From: Phoronis australis
Taxonomy: Eukaryota > Animalia > Phoronida
Assembly: GCA_002633005.1 (NCBI GenBank)
Contig: NMRA01000074.1
Span: 1,021,097 to 1,085,096, forward strand
Reading direction: 5' to 3'
Length of the DNA stretch: 64,000 bases
In this document: one piece after another, positions 1 to 14,200 of the stretch
Layout of the letters: every line of letters starts with the position of its first letter
Numbering within the stretch: position 1 is the stretch's first letter
The notes under the pieces: model-generated
Seen by the model: only the letters and a program-made list of their open reading frames with translations
Database searches by the model: none
What the model was told of the DNA's origin: nothing
Made by a program: the position numbers and the translations under genes

Positions 1-261
1 TCTCTTCTTGAAATGTGTGAAACTCTAATCACTTAATTAACTACATGTAGTATATTTTTATATTTTGAATAACTAAAACGTGTTATCCAGTGTTTGAAAC
101 GACTTCGAAAAAGTTTCTAAAACACTGAAAGAGGTGCATAGTGTACTAATTGTTTGTAGAGTTTCATATGTTTCACACTCTTTATGTTTCAGGGTAAATC
201 AATGCTGCTGCATTCATTTTCGTGTCTGGCAATGACATTGAAACAATTGTTATTCTTTCTA

Positions 262-465
262 GGGGAGCAACTTATCTTCAACAAGAAGAGCAGGAGATGG
301 TTGTCCATTCCGGTGAAGGCTGCTGAGAGCTATGACGAGCTGATGATTGTGAAAACCCGGTTAAAAGACATGTCAGATATGCACTGCTTCCATGAACATA
401 AAAGCAAAATGACTCCCGCTTGTTGTCTGACAGCATTGCCGTCCTCGAATGATTGCCATCAGTAG
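262..465 (+). pseudogene. Kolobok-type transposase C-terminal exon, decayed
   Basis: After ttctag acceptor reads GEQLIFNKKSRRWLSIPVKAAESYDELMIVKTRL, resembling the 'KKSRRW...VK..Y' tail of Kolobok-type transposases (recognised from memory); convergent with the KolX-like pseudogene, as in Kolobok. Confidence 0.55.
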
Positions 466-1749
466 AAGTCAATGCGTCAAAGAACGACGGACTGTCTCCA
501 ATAAATTCTACTATACCGTTCTGGGTGTTATTCAGTCATGTGCCCTAGTTTGTTGCAGAGTATCATCTGGTACTACAGTTTGGTTTACAGTCATGATACA
601 TCCAGTTATGCAGAAGTTAACATGTTCAGTCAGGCCGTCAACCTTCAAACTTTGCCATGGGCAGTTTGTGTAGTGTCAATTTGGAAACTGTCAAGGCTTG
701 TAATTTTCCTCTTTTAACAGGATTTACTCTCTTTTGGTTTCGATTTCCTCTTATTATATTTCCAATTTCCTCTTTGTCTCTTTTTTTGATCATTATTTTG
801 ACTTCTATACCAAAAATCTCTTATCAAAGACCCTAGTATTAATTTGTGGAATGATACATCACCTGTCATTGATCATTCCAAGCCCTGAACCTTAACTTTG
901 TGCAAACAATTTCTTTATGTAGCGTTTGGTTTACAGAAACACTTTCTACATGGTGAGTAAGATACAACTGGTAATACCAGTTTAACTTGTATTACCATTG
1001 GATAGTTTTCTTGATTCTTAACTATTTTCTCAGCCAAATGTGTAGTCAGTGGTTTGTCTTCAGGCGGTCATAGAGAGGCGGATATTTGTATACAAGGGTC
1101 ACCATAAAGCTTCTGTGTTATGTAAAATTATGTTTTTAGTGATGTTTTACTGCTTAGGCAATTCACATTCATATTAAAACCTGCATTTAGAAATCTTNNN
1201 NNNNNNNNNNNNNNNNNNNNNNNNNNNNNNNNNNNNNNNNNNNNNNNNNNNNNNNNNNNNNNNNNNNNNNNNNNNNNNNNNNNNNNNNNNNNNNNNTACT
1301 GCATCATTGGCGTTAATCAGGAAAGACAAAAGCAGGAATCAACTAAAAACTCATACCCCTATCTCACAAATTCGACATTATGTTCCTTAGTTGGTGGCCT
1401 TTCCCACAGTTGCATGCAATTTGCTAAAAGCGTTCCTCATGCTTTTACTGTTTAGCAAGTTTTGAGGGTTTTCGATGGTTACAGAGCATTAATTTGTTGC
1501 AGAGAACTAGGTGGGATGTCAATTTTAGTATTTTATATTATTTTGAAAAGTTGATCCATTACTGGTTTTTCGAAATTGGTGCCGTTGCCCTACATGACGG
1601 TAACTAATTTAAGAATGCTCTAGATTCTTGTTGCAAGTCAAAATCCAAATGGACTTTTTATACTAGACTAAAAAATAAAAAGTTCACTCTGACAGTTGAG
1701 CTTTCATCTCACAAAGTAACAATTGTGCACAAGCAGGTTTCAGTGCTCA

Positions 1750-2846
1750 GCTACAATTGTTGTGTAGCCTGTATGTCCCAATAAAGTCTGTGAATATTTT
1801 TGTCCAAACACAACTGTGCAACTCTGTCCACATGTCTCCCAAGATGTCCATGTTACCCCAAGATAAAGTTTCTGTATGCCTGATGTCAGTTAGACGCATT
1901 CTGATCAGTCTCTGGCTTCAGTGTCATCACATTCAACTCTGTCCACATGTCTCCCAAGATGTCCATGTTGCCCCAAGATAAAGTTTCTGTATGCCTGATG
2001 TCAGTTAGATGCATTCTGGTCAGTCTCTGGCTTCAGTGTCATCACATTTCGTTGCAGAGGCAAGTACACCTTCTCCAGGCAAAACGCTTGGAAATCCTGA
2101 AAGCATTGGTAAAATATATTATCCTGCAGTTTCGCATTGCTGTAGATTTGATAAGGAACATTTGTCTCTTGTACATGAATTATATACAACAACTGGTTGA
2201 TTGGGGTTGACATCCTATATTGGACAATCAAAACGCATAGAATTATTTTCATTATTGCATATTGAACTCACCAAAACTTTTGTAAATTGACATTTGGTTG
2301 GTTTTGGATGGGATTTGCTACTGAGATTTGATTTGAGTTCTTGGCCAAAGATTTGTTTTTCTTCAAAAAGTGATTTGAATTGTGTGGCTGTATATCTGTT
2401 TAAACCAATTGAAGACTCAAAACTAAAGTAGATATAGGAGTCTTTGAGGTCCTGGTGACATTAATATGAATCACCTTAAAAATGAAAAAGAGCAGACCAA
2501 AAAAGTACTAAACAATTTTGTAAAATGTTTCCCACTGATATATGTAGTCTGTAGTCAATACTAAAAACTTTGAAGTGATTAAATTTTTAGACGACGGTTT
2601 AGTGAATACTTACAGGTAATAATGAAATGCAGTTAGCAGATTGCTTCCCACAGCACACTTTTATTTCTGGTTGGCATTTCTTGACACCTGTGATACGGGC
2701 ACCATGATGGATCTTCTGATGGTGCTGGGTAATGATCCAGTGAAGTGACCTCTGGTAGCCTAAATTCTAGACGCGGGAGTCTTGCTTGGCGACATCCAAC
2801 ATTAGGTCTCTCAATTCCTTCTTTTATTCATGCGACTGATTTGACC
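1750..2846 (-). pseudogene. KolX / P2X7 C-terminal-like Cys-rich protein pseudogene, exons 2846-2614 and 2096-~1750
   Basis: Minus strand: EDPSWCPYHRCQEMPT/EIKVCCGKQSANCISLLP then GT-AG intron, then DFQAFCLE...NASN*HQAYRNFILGQHGHLGR...SCVWT; frameshifts, a stop and an internal duplication. Confidence 0.75.
1819..2048. repeat. 115-bp tandem duplication within the KolX pseudo-exon
   Basis: caactctgtccacatgtctcccaagatg... starts at 1819 and again at 1934, few mismatches. Confidence 0.9.
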
Positions 2847-3599
2847 CTAAAGTGAGAGTAATTCAGTGACAACTTACACAGTAATGAGAACATTTTTTAT
2901 AACTTTTGTTTGTATTGTNGGGGGGGCTCGGACCCGAGCGTATCAAGGGACCTGCGTAAACGCCTTCTCATTTTTTTGTTTATTTTAGTCCACTGTTAGC
3001 TTTGTAGTACAAGGACCAGAAATTCGAGCAACCCAATTTTTCGGGCTGGGTTCTCGCATTCAATCGTAAACCACACTTGCCCAAGACAATATGTTGCCCG
3101 CCCCCCTTATGGTATCCTCGATCCGCCAATGTAATTTAGAGATGCAGCCATGGAATCGTTTCTACCCCACTAGGTCCAGAGCTCTATAATTGCAAACCCA
3201 TGCAGTCCCAGGGCCTGGAAATTGAACATCACAGTGTCACGCAGGAAACTTATTTTTCGTAAGCAACTGATATCGTGCACCTCCGAGTTATACATAATCT
3301 CCCAGAAGAGGAAACGTTAACAACCAAGCTCGACGAAGTCATGTATCACTAAGACTCGATTGCAGGTTTAAAATTGAACACAGCCTGTATATTATGTAAT
3401 ATAGACAAGTACACGGATACGTCGACTTCGAATGACTCGGGATAGCGACAGAAATAGTTGAGAGAGGTTCAGAACAAATTAATCTTGCTGTTTACGAGTA
3501 AGAATCAAGCTATGATTTTCAAATGTTTGTACATTCTGATTTCTTGTTTAGCTGGCAAGAAGTCCCAAAACACCTAACTCACGACCGCTTGCTTGACAT

Positions 3600-3695
3600 G
3601 TTTCTTTTCCGTCAGCTGATTCGTGTGCATTATGGGTAATCTCTCCACTGGCAACCCCGCATAAATAATGAGGTTTGGCTGAAAGTCCGCCCACT
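3600..3695. mobile_element. Kolobok-type right terminus, probable end of the decayed element covering <1-3695
   Basis: atgaggtttggctgaaagtccgcccact is a reverse-complement match to the TTAA-flanked terminus agtgggcggggtttccgcagaaacctcat at 8963. Confidence 0.55.
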
Positions 3696-4388
3696 TTTTA
3701 TAAATTTAAAAAAATTAATAGTAAAATAACGAGAGTATGTACATGGCTGTAATTTACGAAAAGAGTTAATTTTAGTGATATCTTTCGATTGGCAAAGCTC
3801 AATTTGTGATCTAAGCAGGCTAAAGTAAAGGAAATAGTGACTTTAAGTACAACTGTTTCCTGATCAAAAATATGGTTAAACGGGATGAATAATAAAAAAA
3901 TGAATCCATGTGGTATTGTTGACTCTGATCAGCGTTTGTCCACCGAGTAAATCAATACGCGCGGTAGTTTATCTTCAATCGTGCACAATGGTTGTAGTTT
4001 TTAAATTATTAGTTCATCGAGTTAAAAAAACGAAAACCGTACTTGGTTGATTTTTTCCTGCTGAATACCGCCGTGGTGTTCGTTTTTAACGAAAATTAGT
4101 GGTTAATGCATTTTGAAAATTCGCCTATGGCCCGGTAATTACATATAATTGGGTCTTGCTTGCATCGGGCAATGCAGTCATCACAACTGTACCTGACTCC
4201 GGTGCTGCGCTCTCTTTGATCCTGGTAAAAGCCGCTCAGGACGAGCGGTCAAAATTCCCGCATATCTTTAGAAATCCGTGACTTCCTTGTAGCCGTATTA
4301 TTCATGGTGTGGCGGCGTTCAGTAACGCAAGAACCTACACTAGGACCTAGGTAAAAACTAAGCAAAAGTCAAGCATTCTCATTTAAAG

Positions 4389-5574
4389 CAGTGGCGGATC
4401 TAGGATATCACAAGGGGGGGCCAACATTTTGTCCGGCTGTAAGCATTTGCGCAAAGTGAACCACAATTGTAGATGCGCATAGCACCGAATGGGGGGAGGT
4501 CGGGAGGGGGGTTCGCCCCCCTCCCGCCCAGGATTTTTTTTGTTTTTACCTCTAAAAATCACAAGCATTTTCCTTGATTCCTGAAGTATTATCCAAGAAA
4601 AGGAGGCAAAAAAAGGAGAACGTGTCAACCAGGCAAGTTCCTAAGATTCGAACTCACAACCTAGCGGTTGATGCGCGCGTGCATTACCACTACAACACCA
4701 CGAATTAACTACTAACTGTACACTAAGAGAACTACTTGTTTATGGTCCACAGCGTTTGCGCGCGAAACCTACTTCTTTTTGTAATGCTTATTACACGTTT
4801 TATATTTTGTGCCATCAATTCTTAACAAATTTGTCGTATTTAAAATAGTCTTCAAATGCCCAAAAGACCAAATCCGTTTTTCGTGTTGGCAATAATGACG
4901 CNNNNNNNNNNNNNNNNNNNNNNNNNNNNNNNNNNNNNNNNNNNNNNNNNNNNNNNNNNNNNNNNNNNNNNNNNNNNNNNNNNNNNNNNNNNNNNNNNNN
5001 NNNNNNNNNNNNNNNNNNNNNNNNNNNNNNNNNNNNNNNNNNNNNNNNNNNNNNNNNNNNNNNNNNNNNNNNNNNNNNNNNNNNNNNNNNNNNNNNNNNN
5101 NNNNNNNNNNNNNNNNNNNNNNNNNNNNNNNNNNNNNNNNNNNNNNNNNNNNNNNNNNNNNNNNNNNNNNNNNNNNNNNNNNNNNNNNNNNNNNNNNNNN
5201 NNNNNNNNNNNNNNNNNNNNNNNNNNNNNNNNNNNNNNNNNNNNNNNNNNNNNNNNNNNNNNNNNNNNNNNNNNNNNNNNNNNNNNNNNNNNNNNNNNNN
5301 NNNNNNNNNNNNNNNNNNNNNNNNNNNNNNNNNNNNNNNNNNNNNNNNNNNNNNNNNNNNNNNNNNNNNNNNNNNNNNNNNNNNNNNNNNNNNNNNNNNN
5401 NNNNNNNNNNNNNNNNNNNNNNNNNNNNNNNNNNNNNNNNNNNNNNNNNNNNNNNNNNNNNNNNNNNNNNNNNNNNNNNNNNNNNNNNNNNNNNNNNNNN
5501 NNNNNNNNNNNNNNNNNNNNNNNNNNNNNNNNNNNGGGGGCAGGCCCCCTGGGCCCCCCCCTAATCCGCCTATG
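4389..5574. mobile_element. Non-autonomous DNA transposon, GC-rich TIRs, 5-bp TSD (hAT5-like), spanning an N gap
   Basis: Ends cagtggcggat / atccgcctatg; TAAAG at 4384-4388 and 5575-5579; it splits a short repeat seen intact at 49680-49820 and 59080-59215. Confidence 0.75.
4640..4703 (-). mobile_element. tRNA-derived SINE head or tRNA pseudogene
   Basis: Minus strand gtggtgttgtagtggtaatgc...gagttcgaatc has A-box-like and B-box motifs but no intact cloverleaf. Confidence 0.45.
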
Positions 5575-6276
5575 TAAAGACACGGCAATATCTCACGTAA
5601 TCTCGCGGGCTTGCTTTTAAGCGACGTCCTGGTGTTACTGCCGAATATACGGCCGACTGGGTGTCGGGGCCCTCCCGCGCTCCCCCAGTTAGGCGCGGAG
5701 AACGCGGTTCAGATGACTGTCTTTGAGTTGACTTAGGTCCACTCTAAGGGTACAGTACAAGGCTACGCTATCATGTGCGGCCACTTGCGCCGGTTGCTAC
5801 CGGGATTTCCCGGGCGTTTATTTGGAAAAAGGGCTGCGTGTAAACGGAAAGTCAAAGTTTTGCTGGCGTCGACTTTCTTTACATAAAAAGTGTACTTTTA
5901 AATTTTATGTTAATAAATGCATAGTTCGCCAACATCTTGTACGTTTTTATGAATGAACTGCTCAACGAAACTGAATTTGTGGCAAACTAGTTGACGCTGT
6001 ATGAATTTTTAAGAGGAAATTTTCCAAACAAACGCCCCACAATCTGGTCACTTGACACCAGGGCCCGAGCTATAATCCTTGCACTCAAAGTCATGCGAAC
6101 TCGAAATTGTTTTTGATATTTTCTTTTAACACAACCTCAGCTGTTAAGTATACGGATGTGGTTTACGCAGACGAGTTTCTAGTTCAACTTTGCACTTGGT
6201 GACCCTTAGATTCGAGCTACAAACTAGAGCAACAAATTGAGATTTCGAGTTCAGACGGTAACTTGTAGCTTTAATG

Positions 6277-6527
6277 CATGCGCGCACCCAGCCTTTAATA
6301 TGGGAGGTTCGAATTCCTGGCGATGAGGACCTTTTACTAACAAAATAGTCTTCGACTAAAAAAACACTTCCACGATCGGAGCTGCACATGCTATGAATTG
6401 TCCGCCTTTTTAGTGGACTTTTATCTCGTTTTCTCGGACTTTTTGTTTCTCTGAGGCGGACCTTTTGCCTACTTCGCCGAATGAGTGGCTCGTTCGAGCC
6501 CCCCGAGCCCCCTTGGGTACGGGCATG
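6277..6527. mobile_element. MITE with CA..TG termini and 5-bp TSD
   Basis: catgcgcgcaccc ... gggtacgggcatg, flanked by TAATG on both sides. Confidence 0.8.
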
Positions 6528-6854
6528 TAATGCTGGGGTCATCAAGTGCAAAATAGGATTACGCTGTCACACGTGCCCATAATGTACTCCAGCACAGAAT
6601 AATATACACTTATTTTGATTTCGCGCTGAAGTAGAACCAAAAATTTTAAACATATAGTTTCGAGTTCATTTTCGAATGAAAAGATAAGACCCCTGGCCCA
6701 GGGATGTAGCCTACTTCAATACTACAGCGCCTCGACTTATGTGTCCGACTTCATTTGTTTGGGTATTAGGAAACAGAGATGTGTGTCAGTGATAACCTTT
6801 TCCTGTTTGTGGCAACATTTTTTTTCCAAGACCATTTTAGACACTGCTAAGTTA

Positions 6855-6999
6855 CAGTGGCGGATTTAAGATTTAAGGGGGGACAAGTGGGCAATTCCCA
6901 GATTAAATTTGGGAGTTCAGGGGTGCGAATGTCTGCCGGCAAAATCCTGGCTAATATTCTGCCCTGCCCCTCCAACTCTAAATCCTGGATCCGCCCCTG
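6855..6999. mobile_element. Short MITE, same terminus family as 4389-5574
   Basis: cagtggcggat ... atccgcccctg, flanks AGTTA/GGTTA. Confidence 0.7.
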
Positions 7000-7552
7000 G
7001 GTTATATAGTGATGATCGGCTCACTACTAAATAGAAAAGGAAAAAGCATTTTAAATGCTAGAGCTGTCGCTTTGTTGTTGTGTCCCGGTCATTCTCTGAT
7101 TACATTAAAAATAGGGCTATTTGACTCGTGTACACCATTGCTTAATTAGAATGCTACACAATGAGATAAATATTGCTCATTGGTGATAACCCCAAACAAT
7201 TGTGTGAAATTTGAATGGAGGAGCGCGTCATGCTTCGCGAGATTCTTGCGCTTATGGAACTCAACCCTGGACATAAGTAATCGTCTGCGCGTTCTGGCGC
7301 ATGCGCCTATGCACTGAACTTCTTGTGGTCCTGTTAATTACAATTGGGACGAAAGCCGGACAGGCAAAATTTTCTGCAGAAGGTACGGTGTAATGGAATT
7401 CTGTCGATTGCTTGATTTATAGATATGCCAATAGGCGTAATGTGGGCTACCGGCTATTCTTGTCGTTCCTGTATTGAGATCTCACAGAAGCACATGTAAA
7501 TGAAGCCCTGAATGTTGATCTCAATCAGTCCTCCGGCGATGCTAATAACTAA

Positions 7553-8557
<1,005 letters not shown>

Positions 8558-10454
8558 AGCTGCTGTCGTCAGTAGAAATTAAGTCGACGCCTACCGTTCT
8601 TTAGTTTAACAATGCAGCGCTGCTTTTTTGATGGTCTCACCTGAGATGATTCCACTGTGTGGAGAGTTTGTCTCGGACAGACTGCTTTTAACGTTAGTTT
8701 TACTGATGTGCGTGTATAGACCCATACCCCTGTATGCCTAACTGTACATATAAATTCAGGCGGTATTATATTTCCTTTCAAATTACTTGTTTATGATATT
8801 ACTCACATGATGTTTTTACTGATGATACTCTTTCTTTTACAAACACCAATTTAGAAGAGAATGAGTTTCGTAAGCCGAAACATGTCACTGAAATTATATT
8901 AAACAGATCGTAACTTTTAGCTCCGTTTATATTTGCCTTACTTTACTGTTGTTATGTTTTAAAGTGGGCGGGGTTTCCGCAGAAACCTCATTTGCATATG
9001 ACGTCAGTCGAATGAGTAGCCACAAAGCATGAATCAGCTGTCAGTCAATACGGCGGCCATTTTAGGTGGTGTCACGCCACTAAAAATAAAATTTAAAAAG
9101 GAAAATAATTTTAAATTTAGATAAGTTTAAAAATGTTTGGAGATGTGTAAACTACCTCAATTTCTATCGATTTAATTTGCGTTAAAACTCGCAGAAGCGG
9201 AATTAGTGTCTTTAAAACCTTTCCAAGCTTATAAATAAGCTTCGGCGCATGTGAAGCATTTCAGAAAATAACATTTTGAAAGAATGCTTTATTTCTAGTT
9301 TAGGCGCATAGGTGGGGGCTTATATAGATGTAAAGTTCTTCTTAAAAAATGTGCATGGTCACCAATACCTCTGCGGCAAATCGCTGTACAGTTATACACC
9401 TGGACACTGGAGGGTAACCAGAGGGAATACCTGGGTCAGTTGTACCTGTAAGATGTATGTGAATCGTTAGCTAATACTTGAGTTATCAAAAAACTCAACA
9501 AAGTTAACCTTTTTATCACACGACCATCGGCAAATTTTATTACAAATACTAAAAGTTACAATAGTGCTTTGCATTATCCAATAGCCTTGAGCTTAGATTT
9601 ATGCGACTAATTTTTACTTCTCCGTGAGAGTATCATATCTTTTCAGTCACATTATCCGGGTGTCTTTAATTCGAACATTTGAAAAAATCGAGATGCATTT
9701 AAAGGTCATCGAAAAGTAGGGTTCAGCATCAGCTTTACGTATGTCTGTTCAGCTGATGTGCTCCCGCTGCGTTTGTACTGACGTCATGGCAGAACGGAGG
9801 GGACTACTTCGCTAATAAGCACTAAGGATGTGATAGATACAACAAATCTTGGAAAGATAACATATTTCTCCTCAATTCCACGTATGAAACTATTTCGTTT
9901 TATTATACCGACATCTTATCATTTTATCATTACAAGTTTTATAAGAAAAGGCACGATTTTACGATATGATTTGATGACTAAAATACTCGCAGTAACTCAT
10001 CTCAAATACGATCTTCTTCTGATACATCGACGTTGTTGCCATAGAATTTGCAATTTGTTGTAATATAGAATGCATCACATGGACAGACACAAGAAGTTAA
10101 CAACTGCTTAACGAGTTTGGTGTGTTGCCATGGATACTTCATCGCACATGTGTAGCTATTTTTGTTAATGATTCTCACAACAACAGTCGAATAGTGATTG
10201 CAAACGGTTTATTTACGTAACAAAGTGTCGTGTTTTAAATTTCTTAATTTCTGTGCTTTGATTCAGGCTTCGAACGTCAAAATACACAGAATAACAAACG
10301 TTCAAAATGCTGCAAGTCTGCGCACTAGCAGTATAAGCAAGATTGCAGAGACGCAAAAAGGAGAGACCAAAAGATCTACGATTCCATTGATTTACAATGT
10401 TCTCAAGAGTGTAACCTTTATTTTCCCAAGTGGGTGCTACGTTAAAATCACCCA

Positions 10455-10790
10455 AAGCACTATTTCGCCGTGTTTTTAGGTGGCTAGAAACGAAAAGCTG
10501 AATTATTCTCTTTACTTTGATAAAACCAGTCTCATAACATTCCTTCCTGTTTTCGTAATCAACAAAAACTTAGCTACATGTATCAACGATATTCAAGAAA
10601 ACCCTTCATAGTGTATAGGGGTGAGTTTGCCGACCCTAAAACTGCGACAGCGAAAATGGAGCATGCGCATTGCCTGTGGCCTAAGATGGAGGCGGAAACG
10701 GAGTCCTATCACAGTGAGGTTTTTATGAGAGTAAAATCGCTATGTAGATTTTGACTATTTTGTGCCAGCTAAACATGGTAACATTCAGCT
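10455..10790. mobile_element. TTAA-type MITE family B, degenerate copy
   Basis: Ends tatttcgccgtgtttttagg / cagctaaacatggtaacattcagct; shared core accctaaaa...aaaatgg.gcatgcgc. Confidence 0.55.
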
Positions 10791-10905
10791 TTGAACGTTC
10801 TTGGGGTTTTGATTGGCACCCACACGGTAAGATAAAGGTAATGATTCAGCGTCACGATGACGTAGAGGCAAAACTGGTGTCATTCTGTTAAAATTTGTTG
10901 TTTAA

Positions 10906-11234
10906 AGTGCGTCTCGCTCTGTTTAACCGGCTAAAAAAACAAAAATCGAATTCACCGGATGTTACTCTCACAAATCGTCCTCGTAATATATGCTTTACGG
11001 TGATACGGTTCTATTTCCGTTACCAACAAGAACTTCGAAACCATCTGCGACTTATAAAATAGCTTCAGTTTATTGGGTTTGGCCAACCCTAAAATTGCGA
11101 AATCGAAAGTGGCACTCGTACGCCTTGCCTTGGCTTGAGTTAAATTGGTAAATATATAGAATCCAATGACGATGAGAAATATGTCAGCGATTTTACGAGA
11201 CATTTTTAGCCAGCAAACGGAGAGAAATGCAGCT
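10906..11234. mobile_element. TTAA-TSD MITE family B
   Basis: ttaa|agtgcgtctcgctctgttt..ggctaaaaa ... tttttagccagcaaacggagagaaatgcagct|ttaa; relatives near 21600-21951, 32493-32836, 42295-42530, 59380-59650. Confidence 0.75.
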
Positions 11235-14200
11235 TTAAAATAAATCGTCTGAATATTTGGAATTGAAGTCTTCTGCCATCATTGCTTTAGTTCATGTTTT
11301 TGGGTGAAATCATTTCCTTTTGAAATTACGGAAAGGGAGTATGTAGGACCCTTGAATGATGTCCACTGAAATTCGGCAAACTTCGGAACACCATGACGGT
11401 TGGTCGGATTCATGTTAAGCTTTGAGATTTTGTGCGTAATGCATTGTTCTGCAAAACTATGTTGGGCAAATACTTTTAAAATTTTCCACAATTGCAGGAG
11501 GGGCTATCAAAAATAGCACCTTTTTGATTTTCACGAAAACACTCAAAAGTTGCATAAAACTAAAGCGAAATGATAATTTAGAAAAATGTAGCGGCGTTTT
11601 TGAGATTTCGTCTGCAACATTTGTATCGAACGACATTGGTCATGTTATTGATACCGCTGTTTTACTATGGCTCTACCTTTCTTTTTTGCTAAATTTTACT
11701 TAAAAGGCATGGTCACGTGACTCCAGCAATATCAAATTGGTGTAATCTCAACGGTCAAATTATGCAGGTTTTCTACTTTAAGAAGTGGTCAACTTATACT
11801 TAGTTTAAATCTAGGTTTTGTAGATATATGGCTCAATACGCCGACGAGTCGACAAGGTCCTGTATAACCTGAACTCAAGCTTTCATGATTACACTAGACA
11901 ATGGAGAGTTCATCAATTGCGATCAATGGAAAGATTCGCGGCCACTAACGTGTTTTGCTCGAATTTGAGGTCTATTTCTTCGCGTTGGCGTAATAATCGC
12001 CACGAGAGACTTAAGTGTAGCCATGGCAACGACTTTAATTTTTCTGGCCAAATGGTAATTTTGATAGTGCCGTTTCCTCTTGTCCTTTCATTCTTCATTG
12101 TTTCGCTTTCTCCTTAATTGTTAAATACTTGACAGGTAATGAACCGGGAATTCGAAGTACATAATAATCTTATTCTGGCGTTCCCATTCTTTGATTATCC
12201 ATGCAAATCACGATCATCCGTCACCGTGACGGTTTCACCCTGTACATTTGTCACATGAAGAGCACTGACGTTCAAAGGAGAGTCGCTGTTTACTTGTTGT
12301 CATCATTTCATAAAATGAAAATATCCTCTGTTATATATTAAATACTTGTAAGCGTTTTTCACCTCATTTTGTTACTGTATGCGATTTTTCATTGAAAAAT
12401 CTGTCAAAATTATGGACTCTAGATAATTACCCGTATGCGATTGAACTCGCGGTTTGGTCGTACCCAAGAATTTCTGGCATGTGAGACCTAAATGCTCATG
12501 CATAAAATTTGTAATTTGGTTAACGAAACGCACTATTTTACCACGATGATCAATTCAGATTCACGGTCCATAGTAATGAATCCTACTTCAGGGATTATGT
12601 ATATTTAGTTTCTTAGATTAAACTTTCACTCCACTTGGCCCTCGTGTTTGCTGTCTGCGTACGCACGTATATGCGTTATCTTACCAATTACCCAGAGCGA
12701 TATTCTCAGTTGACGTTAATGACAAAACTGCTCTTCCAGACGAGAGCTCGATTGTACTGACTGACGCAGCAAGTAGTGGTACGTGTTATCCTCAGGTAGG
12801 AATCCAGTTTTGCAAAAATTGATTATTTCGACAGGAGATGGGCACTCCACGAAAGTGTAACTGTACAGCCATTCCCGCCACAACGCGTTTATGATATGAA
12901 ATAACTTCGTTATCGTTTGATGAATCCCACATATTTTGTTCCGTGTTGGGGCTAAACTAGGCAGTTACATCGCCCTGTAACCATCTGAGGTGAAATACTC
13001 TCATAGAGAAATGTTGGTGCGATTTTAGCTGCATTTTTGGACGTATGTTGTGAACTGGTTCTCAACGAAACGAACTTAATTTATTTTGTTACGAATTTTC
13101 TTAACTTTTCACACTTGTCTTGGCATGGCCAATAAAACAAGACTGTTGCGGTATTTCTCATTGGACAGATTCAGCAATTACAATGTAGCCACCTCAATGC
13201 TTTATTAAATTGTTTTCAAGATGATCAATCGAATATTACCTGTATGGACTAGGAGTGCAACGCTCACACACAGGAAAAACTTCGTAACGACTGTGATGTA
13301 CAGCGATCCGTTTTCAAACAACTTAAGCTGGGAATGTGGCTAATTTTTTTCTAGTTTTTGTTCTTCTGAAATACGCACCCCATTCACATGGTTTAAATCA
13401 ACGTAATGAGTCCTTGTTGGAGGATTTTTGCGTCTAATGCAACCCCATATTGTTTGCAAACAATCTTCACAAGTATTTGCTCATCAGAAATTAACTGAAG
13501 ACAAGTGATGTTCCATTTTTACTACATTTTTATTGACAATGCAAATTATTTTAGAATATAGGTTTACTAGCATGTTTGTCAAAAGGGAATCGGTTTCTGA
13601 AAATCAAAACTTGTTAACACCTGTAAGTGCTTGGAGAAAAAATGTTAACCAAAAAAGCGTGATATAATATTCACTCCGGAGAATAAGAATGCTATTGGCC
13701 AAAAAAACCTCAGTTCATTCTGGCGTAGTTTTGTAAAAATTGATTCTGTGATCTGGTTAATAGTTAGCTGTTAAATATTATAAAACCAATCCATCAGACG
13801 CCGGTAGATATGGAGCCATTTTTTTCTCACCACGAAGCAGTTTCAGTGATGCAGTGAAGCTATTATCTATGCCTGGAGCTGAGCAAAAATTCAAATATGG
13901 TCCAAATTGACCGCCACGTTTTCGCACCCTGTTTATGTTAATTCACAAAAATATAGGTTACACACTATTTTCCCTTGTTGAGCATGTCACTGTTGCTTTT
14001 ATTTGAAATTAATAAAATCACATAGCTGTGTGCATTTTCAGGCATAGTTCAAAACATGTGGAGCATGTTGGACCACATTCTACGAATACAAGTAGGGAGA
14101 ACACCGACATATTGCGGGAGGGCGTTTTTTATAATGCACAAGTTTCAAGGGTGGCCTACTTACTTCTTTTCTGTTGAACCGAAAGTTTGACGATGGCGAA

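Noticed and set aside
4815-5620. Three ORFs over 240 aa
   Set aside because: Artefacts of the N gap.
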